The notes under the pieces were generated by a model. The model searched no databases. It worked only from the letters and a program-made list of their open reading frames with translations, and was not told the DNA's origin. Below are positions 13,001 through 24,805 of a DNA stretch of 64,000 nucleotides, piece by piece. The position numbers and the translations under genes were made by a program. The stretch lies in the NCBI RefSeq assembly GCF_006345805.1, contig NC_043023.1:2790001-2854000 (forward strand). The letters are read 5' to 3'. Position 1 is the stretch's first letter; every line of letters starts with the position of its first letter. The DNA comes from Octopus sinensis. Its lineage: Eukaryota.

Positions 13001-14020
13001 AAACACTAAGCCATGCACCTTCACATCCAGGCATTTAAGAGAGTCTGTTTCTGGAGTGAAATGAAGTGTTTTGCTCAAGGACACAATGTATTGCCTGGTC
13101 CAGGAATTGAAACCACAATCTTACAATCATGAGTCCGACTCCCTAACCACTAAGCCATGCACCTTCACATCCAGGCATTTAAGAGAGTCTGTTTCTGGAG
13201 AGAAATGAAGTGTTTTGCTCAAGAACACAATGTATTGCCTGGTCCAGGAATTGAAACCACAATCTTACAATCATGAGTCCGACTCCCTAACCACTAAGCC
13301 ATGCACCTTCACATCCAGGCATTTAAGAGAGTCTGTTTCTGGAGAGAAATGAAGTGTTTTGCTCAAGAACACAATGTATTGCCTGGTCCAGGAATTGAAA
13401 CCACAATCTTACAATCATGAGTCCGACTCCCTAACCACTAAGCCATGCACCTTCACATCCAGGCATTTAAGGGAGTCTGTTTCTGGAGTGAAATGAAGTG
13501 TTTTGCTCAAGAACACAATGTATTGCCTGGTCCAGGAATTGAAACCACAATCTTACAATCATGAGTCCAACACCCTAACCACTAAGCCATGCACCTTCAC
13601 ATCCAGGCATTTAAGAGAGTCTGTTTCTGGAGAGAAATGAAGTGTTTTGCTCAAGACACAATGTATTGCCTGGTCCAGGAATTGAAACCACAATCTTACA
13701 ATCATGAGTCCGACTCCCTAACCACTAAGCCATGCACCTTCACATCCAGGCATTTAAGGGAGTCTGTTTCTGGAGTGAAATGAAGTTTTTGCTCAAGAAC
13801 ACAATGTATTGCCTGGTCCAGGAATTGAAACCACAATCTTACAATCATGAGTCCAACACCCTAACCACTAAGCCATGCACCTTCACATCCAGGCATTTAA
13901 GAGAGTCTGTTTCTGGAGTGAAATGAAGTGTTTTGCTCAAGAACACAATGTATTGCCTGGTCCAGGAATTGAAACCACAATCTTACAATCATGAGTCCGA
14001 CTCCCTAAACACTAAGCCAC
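10060..14020 (-). repeat. Tandem array of about 27 x 144-bp tRNA-like SINE heads ending in a diverged SINE body (~10060-10190)
   Basis: Period is 144 (ATG of CCATGCACC at 10284, 10428, 10572 and so on). Each unit has A box TGGCTTAGTGG and B box GGTTTCAATTCC plus linker CTCCAGAAACAGACTCTCTTAAATGCCTGGA. Confidence 0.95.
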
Positions 14021-14031
14021 ACACACACACA

Positions 14032-14190
14032 GGGGCATGGCTGTGTGCTAAGAAGTTTGCTTCCCAACCACATGGTCTTGAGTTCAGTCCCACTGCATGG
14101 CATCTTGGGCAATCGCCTTCTACTAGAACCTCAGGCTGACCAAAGCCTTGTGAATGGATTTGTTAGATGGAAACTGAAAGAAGCCCATCG
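14032..14190 (+). mobile_element. SINE family A 5' half
   Basis: GGCATGGCTGTGTGCTAAG...GAGTTCAGTCCCACTG...GGAAACTGAAAGAAGCCC. Confidence 0.85.
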
Positions 14191-14218
14191 TAAATATATA
14201 TATATATGTATATATATA

Positions 14219-15122
14219 TAATCAAAATAAGAAACAAGAATATCCAAGGTAGTGTAGTACAATCGTTTCATGCTACTTCATTTAATTAAACAATGTAAGT
14301 ATTACATCAGTTTTAAAATGTAGAGCAATCTTCAGCCACATATAGAATTTTTTGATTAATTAGACAATGTACATTTATATACTTATTCCATTTGCAAACA
14401 TTACAAAGAGGGTAGATATATAGACAGAGAGGTTAATTTCATCATTAAGAACATGGCAGTAGAAGATCCTTCCCTATGGACAGATTCTTTATCACTGAGT
14501 TCACTTAGTTATTTAGATTTATCAATGGGGAGGATTTTTTTTTATTTGGTTCAATGGAGAGAAACAAGAATTTTTTGATAGTGGAAGGGGTGGTACAAAT
14601 GTCAAAGCCATAAATCCAACCCCATTATAAGGAATTTAACTTTGGCATATTTATATGTATTTTAGCTAAAGTTAGGAGGCTGAAGTTAGTTGTGTAGGGA
14701 GAATAGAGACTACTAATGCTCTAGGGATTTCTAATGTTCATAAACATTTAACAGCCATAATCTTGCTGTGATTTTAAATAAATATCTTTTAGATAGTTTT
14801 TTCCAAAGGATTCCAATAAATTTTAGTATCTTATGTAGGGATGGAGAATACAGAAATCATTTCATATTTAAATAAATATATATCAATCTTTATTAATATA
14901 GATTTATAGTTAATTAGTAAAGAGTGATTCATTTTTATTAACGAGTTAATTTAGAGGAATGTGCTAAACATATTTATTACCTATAAAAAATTAAAAAATT
15001 TTTTAACTTATCAATTAGCACATATATCAAGAGCCTATAAGATATATGGATAATACCATACCAAATTCTGGTGCCTTTAACTTAAGTACCATATTCATCT
15101 GAATCTAAATTTTGCTGAACCT
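14219..15122. mobile_element. Unclassified AT-rich interspersed element (family X), possibly Penelope-derived
   Basis: Both ends recur at 40151-40300 and 40480-40560. Flanked by TA tracts. The minus strand has CTGAAGA without a GAAA partner. Confidence 0.5.
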
Positions 15123-15148
15123 ATATATATATATATATCAATTAAATA

Positions 15149-15371
15149 TTCTTTTATTCTTTTACTTGTTTCAGTCATTTGACTGTGGCCATGATGGAGC
15201 ACTACCTTTAGTCAAACAGATCATCCCCAGGACTTATTGTTTGTAAGCCTAGTACTTATTCTATTAGTCTATTTTGCTGAACCGCTAAGTTATGAGGACG
15301 TAAACACACCAAAGTTGGTTGTCAAGTAATTGTCGGGGGACAGACATGCACACAAACACATAAATATATAC

Positions 15372-15432
<61 letters not shown>

Positions 15433-15636
15433 TGTATGTATATATATGTATGTATGTATATTTGTATGTATATATGTATGTCTTCTTTGAGTTTCTGTCT
15501 ACTAAATCCACTCACAAGGCTTTAGTCTGCCTGAGTTTATAGTAGAAGACACTTGCCCAAGATGTCACACCGTAGGACTGAACACAGAATCATGTGTTTG
15601 CGATGCAAGCTTCTTACCACACAGCCACACCTGTGC
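15149..15636 (-). mobile_element. SINE family A
   Basis: Both halves are present around a (TA)(TATG)n centre. Confidence 0.88.
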
Positions 15637-15869
15637 ATATAAAGTTAAAATCTATATAAGATTTTATAAGGTAGCCATCGTGTAAACTAATTAAGGTAAA
15701 AAAATTAATACTAAGTATATAATTTTTTTAAATACATTATTACATTAAGGGTTGTTGCTATAAGTAAAGCCATATGCTAGAAAGAGATGCTAAAGTCAAA
15801 CTACTTTATCAAAATATACACCTATGCTGAAGTCGAGGAAATGAACAAAGAAATGAATATATATTTATG

Positions 15870-16432
15870 TGTGTGTCTTTGTGCTTATGTTTGTCTCCAC
15901 TACCTTCACTTGACAACCGATGTTGGTGTGTTTATGTCCCTGTGACGTAGCAGTTCAGCAAACATGACCAATAGAAAAAGTACAAAGAATAAGTCCTGGG
16001 GTCGATTTCTAAAAAGTGGTGCTCCAGCTTGGCCACAGTCTGAAACAAGTAAAAGAATAAAAGAATATTAATGTATATCTTCTTTTACTTGTTTCAGTCA
16101 TTAGACAGTGGCCATGCTGGTGCATCGCCTTGAAGGGTGCTTAGTCAAATGAACTGAGCCCAGCCCTTTTAGTTTTTAAGCCTGGTGTGTATTCCATCCA
16201 TCTCTTTTGCCAAGTCGCTAAGTTAAGAGGACATAAACATACCAACACCCTTTGTCAGGTAGCGGTGGGGAACACACACACACAAGTTCAATGTACCAAA
16301 TCTACTCACAAGGATTTGATCAGCCTAAGGCTATAGTAGAAGACACTTGCCCAAGGTGCCACGCAGTGGGACTGAACCCGGAACCATGTTGTTGAGAAGC
16401 AAGCTTCTGACCCACATGGCCACACCTACATC
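15870..16432. mobile_element. Two SINE family A copies tail-to-tail (3' half on +, ~15870-16065; near-full copy on -, ~16080-16432)
   Basis: Family motifs CCAGC.TGGCCACAGTC and TTTTACTTGTTTCAGTCA in opposite orientations. Confidence 0.8.
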
Positions 16433-16463
<31 letters not shown>

Positions 16464-16687
16464 ATATAAAATATATATACATATATAAATATACATATGT
16501 ATATATATATATCATCATCATCATCATCATCATCATTTAGCGTCCGTTTTCCATGCTAGCATGGGTTGGACGGTTCAACTGGGGTCTGGGGAGCCCGAAG
16601 GCTGCACCAGGCCAGTCAGATCTGGCAGTGTTTCTACAGCTGGATGCCCTTCCTAACGCCAACCACTCCGAGAGTGTAGTGGGTGAT

Positions 16688-18170
16688 TTTATGTGCCACC
16701 GACACAGGTGCCAGACGAGGCTGGCGAACGGCCACGCTCGGATGGTTGTTTTTATGTGCCACCGACACAGGTGCCAGACGAGGCTGGCAGACGGCCACGC
16801 TCGGATGGTGTTTTTAGTGCCACCGACACAGGTGCCAGATGAGGCTGGCAGGTGCCAGACGAGGCTGGCAGACGGCCACGCTCGGATGGTGTTTTTATGT
16901 GCCACCGACACAGGTGCCAGATGAGGCTGGCGGACGGCCACGATCGGATGGTGTTTGTTACGTCCCCAAAGCACGGAGGCCAGTCTATGCGGTACTGGCT
17001 ACGGCCACGTTCGGATGATTTTCTTGTGTGCCACCGGCACTGGTACCACAAAGATACAAATTCCATTTATGCTCATCTATTTTGATTTGTTTTGATTTGT
17101 TTTGATTTGATTTGATTTTCACTTGCCTCAACAGGTCTTCACAAGTGTCACAAGAAGGAAGGTATGCACAGGTGGACTGTCTACGTCGCCGGGTCTTCGG
17201 ATGGTGTCTTTATGTGCCACCGACACAGGTGCCAGATGTGGCTGGCGAACGGCCACGATCGGATGGTTTTCTTGTGTGCCACCGGTACTGGAACCACAAA
17301 GATACAAATTCCATTGATGTTCATCTATTTTGATTTGGTTTGATTTTCACTTGCCTCAACAGGTCTTCACAAGTGTCACGCGTGTCAACACACTTGCCTC
17401 AACAGGTCTCCACAAGTGTCACACACTTGCCTCTGCCTCAACAGGTCTTCACAAGTGTCACACACTTGCCTCTGCCTCAACAGGTCTTCACAAGTGTCAT
17501 AAGAGGGAAGGTATGCACAGGTGGACTGACTACGTCGCCGGGTCTTTGGATGGTGTTTTTATGTGCCACCGACACAGGTGCCAGGTGAGGCTGGCGAACG
17601 GCCACGATCAGATGGTGTTTGTTGTGCCCACAGCACGGAGGCCAGTCGATGCGGTACCAGCTACGGCCACTTCGGATGGTTTTCTTGTGTGCCACCGGTA
17701 CTGGAACCACAAAGATACAAATTCCATTGATATTCATCTTTTGATTTGGTTTGATTTTCACTTGCCTCAACAGGTCTTCACAAGTGTCACACACTTGCCT
17801 CAACAGGTCTTCACAAGTGTCATAAGAGGGAAGGTATGCACAGGTGGACTGACTACGTCGCCGGGTCTTCGGATGGTGTCTTTATGTGCCACCGGCACAG
17901 GTGCCAGATGAGGCTGGCGAACGGCCACGATCGGATGGTGTTTTTGTGCCCACAGCACGGAGGCCGTCGATGCGTACGGTGGTACTGGTTACGGCCACGT
18001 TTGGGTGGTTTTCTTGTGTGCCACCGGCACTGGTACCACAAAGAATACAATTCCACTGATGTTCATCTATTTTGATTTGTTTTGATTTGATTTGATTTTC
18101 ACTTGCCTCAACAGGTCTTCATAAGTGTCACAAGAAGGAAGGTATGCACAGGACTGACTACGTCCCAGGT
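16688..18170 (-). repeat. Tandem repeats inside the RTE 3'UTR: ~64-bp units (16688-16960) and four ~310-350-bp units (17060-18170)
   Basis: TTTTATGTGCCACCGACACAGGTGCCAG repeats; GGAAGGTATGCACAGG at ~17157, 17507, 17829 and 18137. Confidence 0.9.
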
Positions 18171-18193
18171 CGGGGCCACGGGTTATGGCCTGA

Positions 18194-21100
18194 CTAGTCT
18201 TGCCGGGTCTTCTCATGCACAGCATACTTCCATAGGTCTCGGTCTCTAGACATTTCCTTAGTGAGACCTAAAGTTCGAAGGTCGTGCTTCACCACCTCGT
18301 CCCAGGTTTTCCTGGGTCTACCTCTTCCACAGGTTCCCTCCACTGCTAGGGTGTAGCACTTTTGCACACAACTATCTTCAGCCTTTCTTGTCACATGACC
18401 ATACCAGCGCAGCCGTCTCTCTTGCACGCCACAACTGACGCTTCTTAGGTTCAGCTTTTCTCTCAAGGAACTTACACTCTGACGATTATGAACACTGACA
18501 TTACACATCCATCGGAGCATACTGGCTTCATTTCTTGCGAGCTTACGCATATCCTCAGCAGTCACGGCCCATGTTTCACTACCATGTAGCATGGCTGTAC
18601 GTACACATGCATCATACAGTCTGCCTTTTACTCTGAGCGAGAGGCCTTTTGTCACCAGCAGGGGTAAGAGCTCTCTAAACTTTGCCCAGGCTATTCTTAC
18701 TCTAGCAGTTACACTTTCAGCACACCCACCCCCGCTACTGACTTGGTCTCCTAGGTAGCGGAAGCTATCAACTACTTCTAGTTTGTCTCCCTGGAACGTG
18801 GCAGAAGTTGGTCTCTGCATATTTCCAGTGTTTATTGCTCCTGAGCATTTGCCACAGACAAAAACTATTTTCCTAGTTAGCCTTCCTTTGACATTGCTGC
18901 ACCTCTTATGTGTCCATAGCTTACACTTGGTGCATCTTATAGAGTTTCTACCTACACCTTTTTTACAGATCGAGCAGGGCCATCTACCTGAAGGCGTTTG
19001 TGATTGATCTACCTTCCTACTTATTAGAACTTTGGTTTTGGCTAGGTTGATTCTAAGGCCCTTCGATTCTAATCCTTGTTTCCACACCTGGAACTTCTCC
19101 TCCAGTTCTGATAGTGACTCAGCAATTAGAGCAAGGTCATCAGCATAGAGGAGCTCCCAGGGGCAACCTGTCTTGAATTCCTCCGTTATTGCCTGGAGGA
19201 CTATGATAAATAGGAGGGGACTGAGGACTGAACCTTGGTGGACCCCAACCTCTACCCGGAATTCTTCACTGTACTCGTTGCCCACCCTCACCTTACTAGC
19301 AGCGTCTCTGTACATGGCTTGCACAGCTCTCACCAACCATTCTTCTATCCCTAGTTTCCTCATTGACCACCAGATAAGGGACCGGGGGACCCTGTCAAAG
19401 GCTTTCTCCAAGTCAACAAAAGCCAGGTACAAGGGCTTATCTTTGGCTAGGTATTTCTCCTGCAGCTGTCTTACCAGGAATATAGCATCAGTAGTACTTT
19501 TCCCTGGCACGAACCCAAACTGCATATCATCTAAGGTAACTCTCTCTCTAATTAGTTCGGCTACAACCCTCTCCGTAACCTTCATTACCTGATCCAGCAG
19601 CTTGATGCCCCTGTAGTTATTTGTCTCTAGGGCGTCGCCTTTACCTTTGTAGCAGTTGACTATTATGCTGCTACACCAGTCATTGGGTATGACCCCCTCG
19701 TGTATCACCTGGTTAACTATACGGGTGACTAAGCTATAGCCGACACCACCAGATATTTTGAGCATCTCTGCAGTAATTCCTGATGGGCCTGGGGCTTTCC
19801 CTGTTTTCATGCTTCTAATTGCCTTATCTACTAAGGAACTGTTAACTCGGATTGCTGGTCCCTCTGTTGGGTCGACATTCGGCAGACTCTCTTTATCCCA
19901 TTCATTTTCTTCATTCAGCAACCTATCATAGTGGCGTCTCCAAGTCTCTCTCTTTGCACCCTCATTAAGTGCAAGTGAACCGTCCTCCTTGCGAACACAT
20001 TTCTCTCCTACCACGTCACGATTCTCTCTCACACACTGTCTTGCAACACGAAATACCTCAAGTCTTTCATCCTCACGACGCAGGACATTGGCAAATTTTT
20101 CCTTCTCTGCTTCCCCTCTGGCTAGATAGACCTGTCTCCTGGCTTCCCTTCTGGCAGACTGATACACTTCCCTGCTACCACCGTTCTTCCAGGCCTTCCA
20201 AGCCTGTTTCTTTTGTCTAATAGCCCTGTCAACAATATTGTTCCACCACCACGTTATTTTGGGTCTTAAGGGGACTTTGCACCAGCCACAGATCTGGTCA
20301 GCGGCTTTCAGCAGGTTGTCCCTCAGAAGCGTCCAGTTGTCTTCTACCCCATGCGTAGCTATACTCCCTTCCATTTCGTCTAAAGCTTCAAATAACATAT
20401 CTCTAAATCTCTGTCCATTCGCAGGGTCTTTAAGCTTCCAGACCCTTCTTCTCCATGTTGGTCGTCTTCTAGTCGCCCTCTTAGTCCTGATCCTAAAGTC
20501 ACTAACTACCAGTCTATGTTGTGGGGTGCATTCTTCACTTGGGAAGGTTTTGGCATTTATAAGCAGCCATCTTTCCCTTTTTCTGGCAAGGATGTAGTCG
20601 ATTTGGCTAGTATGCCGGCCCGATCGGTAGGTGACCAGGTGGCTTGTCGGTTTCCTGAAGTTAGTGTTGCAAATCATAAGACTATTCGCATCGCAGAACT
20701 CCAGCAGCCTGGTTCCCTCCTCGTTGCGGGAACCATAACCGTAGCCTCCATGCACGCCATGGAAGCCCCCAGCACGTCGTCCAACATGCCCATTGAAGTC
20801 ACCAGCCACAAAGAGAAGGTCCCTGTCGTTCGTCAATGATGTGGTCTGCAGTAGGTTGTCATAGAAACAGTCTTTCTGTCCATCAGGTAGCCCTGGCTGA
20901 GGGGCATAGGCCGATATAATAGTTGCTAAACTATGGTGGAGCACTAATCTAATCTTAATTATTCTGTCACTTACTCTGACTACCTCGATTACCTTATCTA
21001 CCCATTTTTCGGCGATAAGCATGCCCACACCCCCGACTCCGTCAGTATTCCCAGCCCAGAAAATCTTGTACCTCTGTCCTTTGCCTGTGAGGAACCTAGC

Positions 21101-21313
21101 AGAACCTCCTCTCCACCTCACTTCTTGAATGCAGCATATATCAACCCACCTCCGTTCAAGCAATTCAACTATCTCGCCAGATCTGCCTTTCAGTGTGCCG
21201 ACGTTGAGGGTGCCAACCCTGAGGCTGTGGGTGGGGGTGGAAGTGGTATTGGTCCTAATAGCGTCATGTACCTGAAAAGAAAACTCGCGTTGGCAGTATT
21301 CATAGACAAACAA
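18194..21313 (-). CDS. RTE ORF, 1039 aa: AP endonuclease + reverse transcriptase with a Cys-rich insert
   Basis: APE motifs GTLNVGTL, CIQEVRW, SAYAPQ, GDFNGH, SQIDYIL. RT motifs KAPGPSG, YRGIKLL, QFGFVPG, FVDLEKAFD, GVHQGSVLSPLLF, LLYADD, FRYLG. No stops. Confidence 0.97.
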   Translation of the reverse strand: MFVYEYCQREFSFQVHDAIRTNTTSTPTHSLRVGTLNVGTLKGRSGEIVELLERRWVDICCIQEVRWRGGSARFLTGKGQRYKIFWAGNTDGVGGVGMLIAEKWVDKVIEVVRVSDRIIKIRLVLHHSLATIISAYAPQPGLPDGQKDCFYDNLLQTTSLTNDRDLLFVAGDFNGHVGRRAGGFHGVHGGYGYGSRNEEGTRLLEFCDANSLMICNTNFRKPTSHLVTYRSGRHTSQIDYILARKRERWLLINAKTFPSEECTPQHRLVVSDFRIRTKRATRRRPTWRRRVWKLKDPANGQRFRDMLFEALDEMEGSIATHGVEDNWTLLRDNLLKAADQICGWCKVPLRPKITWWWNNIVDRAIRQKKQAWKAWKNGGSREVYQSARREARRQVYLARGEAEKEKFANVLRREDERLEVFRVARQCVRENRDVVGEKCVRKEDGSLALNEGAKRETWRRHYDRLLNEENEWDKESLPNVDPTEGPAIRVNSSLVDKAIRSMKTGKAPGPSGITAEMLKISGGVGYSLVTRIVNQVIHEGVIPNDWCSSIIVNCYKGKGDALETNNYRGIKLLDQVMKVTERVVAELIRERVTLDDMQFGFVPGKSTTDAIFLVRQLQEKYLAKDKPLYLAFVDLEKAFDRVPRSLIWWSMRKLGIEEWLVRAVQAMYRDAASKVRVGNEYSEEFRVEVGVHQGSVLSPLLFIIVLQAITEEFKTGCPWELLYADDLALIAESLSELEEKFQVWKQGLESKGLRINLAKTKVLISRKVDQSQTPSGRWPCSICKKGVGRNSIRCTKCKLWTHKRCSNVKGRLTRKIVFVCGKCSGAINTGNMQRPTSATFQGDKLEVVDSFRYLGDQVSSGGGCAESVTARVRIAWAKFRELLPLLVTKGLSLRVKGRLYDACVRTAMLHGSETWAVTAEDMRKLARNEASMLRWMCNVSVHNRQSVSSLREKLNLRSVSCGVQERRLRWYGHVTRKAEDSCVQKCYTLAVEGTCGRGRPRKTWDEVVKHDLRTLGLTKEMSRDRDLWKYAVHEKTRQD

Positions 21314-21505
21314 TGGAACTTAAGTTCAAACCTCGTATACAACACTAAACATATCTTGCAATGACTGAACACTACCTTTTATGGAAGGAGGTGGGGGTGG
21401 CGTTGGCGTAAGACTGAGTGTATAAGGAGACAAGGGTGAGAAAAATTTAGGACTTCCTGTACCGGTGGTGGGGGTGGGAGGGCGGGTGCACCGCGAAAAC
21501 CGGGC

Positions 21506-24500
21506 TAGTAGCTATAAATAAATACCTAAATTTTGCCTAACCTATGGGAGAAGCGTGGACGATAAGGAGCTATAAATTATAAATACATTTATTCTATATC
21601 TACGAGGCGTGAGACTGATCGATAAAATAAAATAAAATTAGGGGCAAGCTTTAAGATTAAATATATATTTAACACAAGACATGAGACAACGATATATAAT
21701 TAAGATGAACTATAGAATTAGAATTATATGTACATATAAAAAAAAAAAGACACAAGGCGTGAGGCTAAATTTCACAAGTCATAACAATAATACTAATAGA
21801 GATAAAACAGGGCTAACTAAAAGATCAGATCAGTTGCAGATAGTTAAGTAGGTACACGGGTTGAAATTAAATATAGATTGCTTAGCTTGGATTCATTTCG
21901 TATTTCGTATTTTCGTAGGGAGTCGGATACCAGTCTGAATTCAAGTGAGGCCGTTGAAATCAGTCGCTGGTTTATATGCATATAGGGTGGCGGAGAAAGG
22001 GGGGGGGGCGAATGGCGATCGAAAGAAATATAAGACAATTGAAGAGGAACGGGGGGGGTCGTGGCCCACCAAGAATCGGCCGGCAGCCATTTCTTCCTTC
22101 CTTGGGAGAGAAATAGTTATTAGTAGCTATAAATAAATACCTAAATTTTGCCTAACCTATGGGAGAAGCGTGGACGATAAGGAGCTATAAATTATAAATA
22201 CATTTATTCTATATCTACGAGGCGTGAGACTGATCGAAAATAAAATAAAATTAGGGGCAAGCTTTAAGATTAAATATATATTTAACACAAGACATGAGAC
22301 AACGATATATAATTAAGATGAACTATAGAATTAGAATTATATGTACATATAAAAAAAAAAAGACACAAGGCGTGAGGCTAAATTTCACAAGTCATAACAA
22401 TAATACTAATAGAGATAAAACAGGGCTAACTAAAAGATCAGATCAGTTGCAGATAGTTAAGTAGGTACACGGGTTGAAATTAAATATAGATTGCTTAGCT
22501 TGGATTCATATTTCGTATTTCGTATTTTCGTAGGGAGTCGGATACCAGTCTGAATTCAAGTGAGGCCGTTGAAATCAGTCGCTGGTTTATATGCATATAG
22601 GGTGGCGGAGAAAAGGGGGGGGGGGCGAATGGCGATCGAAAGAAATATAAGACAATTGAAGAGGAACGGGGGGGGTCGTGGCCCACCAAGAATCGGCCGG
22701 CAGCCATTTCTTCCTTCCTTGGGAGAGAAATAGTTATTAGTAGCTATAAATAAATACCTAAATTTTGCCTAACCTATGGGAGAAGCGTGGACGATAAGGA
22801 GCTATAAATTATAAATACATTTATTCTATATCTACGAGGCGTGAGACTGATCGATAAAATAAAATAAAATTAGGGGCAAGCTTTAAGATTAAAATATATT
22901 TAACACAAGACATGAGACAACGATATATAATTAAGATGAACTATAGAATTAGAATTATATGTACATATAAAAAAAAAAGACACAAGGCGTGAGGCTAAAT
23001 TTCACAAGTCATAACAATAATACTAATAGAGATAAAACAGGGCTAACTAAAAGATCAGATCAGTTGCAGATAGTTAAGTAGGTACACGGGTTGAAATAAA
23101 TATAGATTGCTTAGCTTGGATTCATATTTCGTATTTCGTATTTTCGTAGGGAGTCGGATACCAGTCTGAATTCAAGTGAGGCCGTTGAAATCAGTCGCTG
23201 GTTTATATGCATATAGGGTGGCGGAGAAAAGGGGGGGGGGCGAATGGCGATCGAAAGAAATATAAGACAATTGAAGAGGAACGGGGGGGGTCGTGGCCCA
23301 CCAAGAATCGGCCGGCAGCCATTTCTTCCTTCCTGGGAGAGAAATAGTTATTAGTAGCTATAAATAAATACCTAAATTTTGCCTAACCTATGGGAGAAGC
23401 GTGGACGATAAGGAGCTATAAATTATAAATACATTTATTCTATATCTACGAGGCGTGAGACTGATCGATAAAATAAAATAAAATTAGGGGCAAGCTTTAA
23501 GATTAAATATATATTTAACACAAGACATGAGACAACGATATATAATTAAGATGAACTATAGAATTAGAATATATGTACATATAAAAAAAAAAGACACAAG
23601 GCGTGAGGCTAAATTTCACAAGTCATAACAATAATACTAATAGAGATAAAACAGGGCTAACTAAAAGATCAGATCAGTTGCAGATAGTTAAGTAGGTACA
23701 CGGGTTGAAATTAAATATAGATTGCTTAGCTTGGATTCATATTTCGTATTTCGTATTTTCGTAGGGAGTCGGATACCAGTCTGAATTCAAGTGAGGCCGT
23801 TGAAATCAGTCGCTGGTTTATATGCATATAGGGTGGCGGAGAAAAGGGGGGGGGGGCGAATGGCGATCGAAGAATATAAGACAATTGAAGAGGAACGGGG
23901 GGGGTCGTGGCCCACCAAGAATCGGCCGGCAGCCATTCTTCCTTCCTTGGGAGAGAAATAGTTATTAGTAGCTATAAATAAATACCTAAATTTTGCCTAA
24001 CCTATGGGAGAAGCGTGGACGATAAGGAGCTATAAATTATAAATACATTTATTCTATATCTACGAGGCGTGAGACTGATCGATAAAATAAAATAAAATTA
24101 GGGGCAAGCTTTAAGATTAAAATATATTTAACACAAGACATGAGACAACGATATATAATTAAGATGAACTATAGAATTAGAATATATGTACATATAAAAA
24201 AAAAAGACACAAGGCGTGAGGCTAAATTTCACAAGTCATAACAATAATACTAATAGAGATAAAACAGGGCTAACTAAAAGATCAGATCAGTTGCAGATAG
24301 TTAAGTAGGTACACGGGTTGAAATTAAATATAGATTGCTTAGCTTGGATTCATATTTCGTATTCGTATTTTCGTAGGGAGTCGGATACCAGTCTGAATTC
24401 AAGTGAGGCCGTTGAAATCAGTCGCTGGTTTATATGCATATAGGGTGGCGGAGAAAAGGGGGGGGGGGCGAATGGCGATCGAAAGAAATATAAGACAATT

Positions 24501-24805
24501 GAAGAGGAACGGGGGGGGTCGTGGCCCACCAAGAATCGGCCGGCAGCCATTTCTTCCTTCCTTGGGAGAGAAATAGTTATTAGTAGCTATAAATAAATAC
24601 CTAAATTTTGCCTAACTATGGGAGAAGCGTGGACGATAAGGAGCTATAAATTATAAATACATTTATTCTATATCTACGAGGCGTGAGACTGATCGATAAA
24701 ATAAAATAAAATTAGGGGCAAGCTTAAGATTAAAATATATTTAACACAAGACATGAGACAACGATATATAATTAAGATGAACTATAGAATTAGAATTATA
24801 TGTAC

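Larger units (their letters stand above)
16511..21507 (-). mobile_element. Apparently full-length RTE-clade LINE retrotransposon
   Basis: Single APE-RT ORF, ~1.7-kb 3'UTR ending GGATGCCCTTCC-type tail (rc) and (GAT)n at 16511-16536, ~190-bp C-rich 5'UTR. No clear TSD; the 5' boundary is inferred from the start of the 615-bp array. Confidence 0.9.

Noticed and set aside
10172-14020. Tandem tRNA-Met(CAT) gene cluster
   Set aside because: The CTCATGA loop is present, but the anticodon and acceptor stems do not pair and the head continues into a SINE body. The 64-aa ORFs there are repeat artefacts.
17117-17135. Hammerhead-like CTGTTGA-GGCAAGT-GAAA in the RTE 3'UTR
   Set aside because: A6 is absent, stem II cannot form, and there is no stem I/III or NUH site.
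18783-21364. Plus-strand ORFs overlapping the RTE
   Set aside because: They are antisense shadows of a GC-rich coding sequence with no recognisable motifs.
21440-21510. Helitron 3' end (CCGGGCTAG|T)
   Set aside because: No proper subterminal hairpin or matching TC 5' end; better explained as the RTE 5'UTR boundary.
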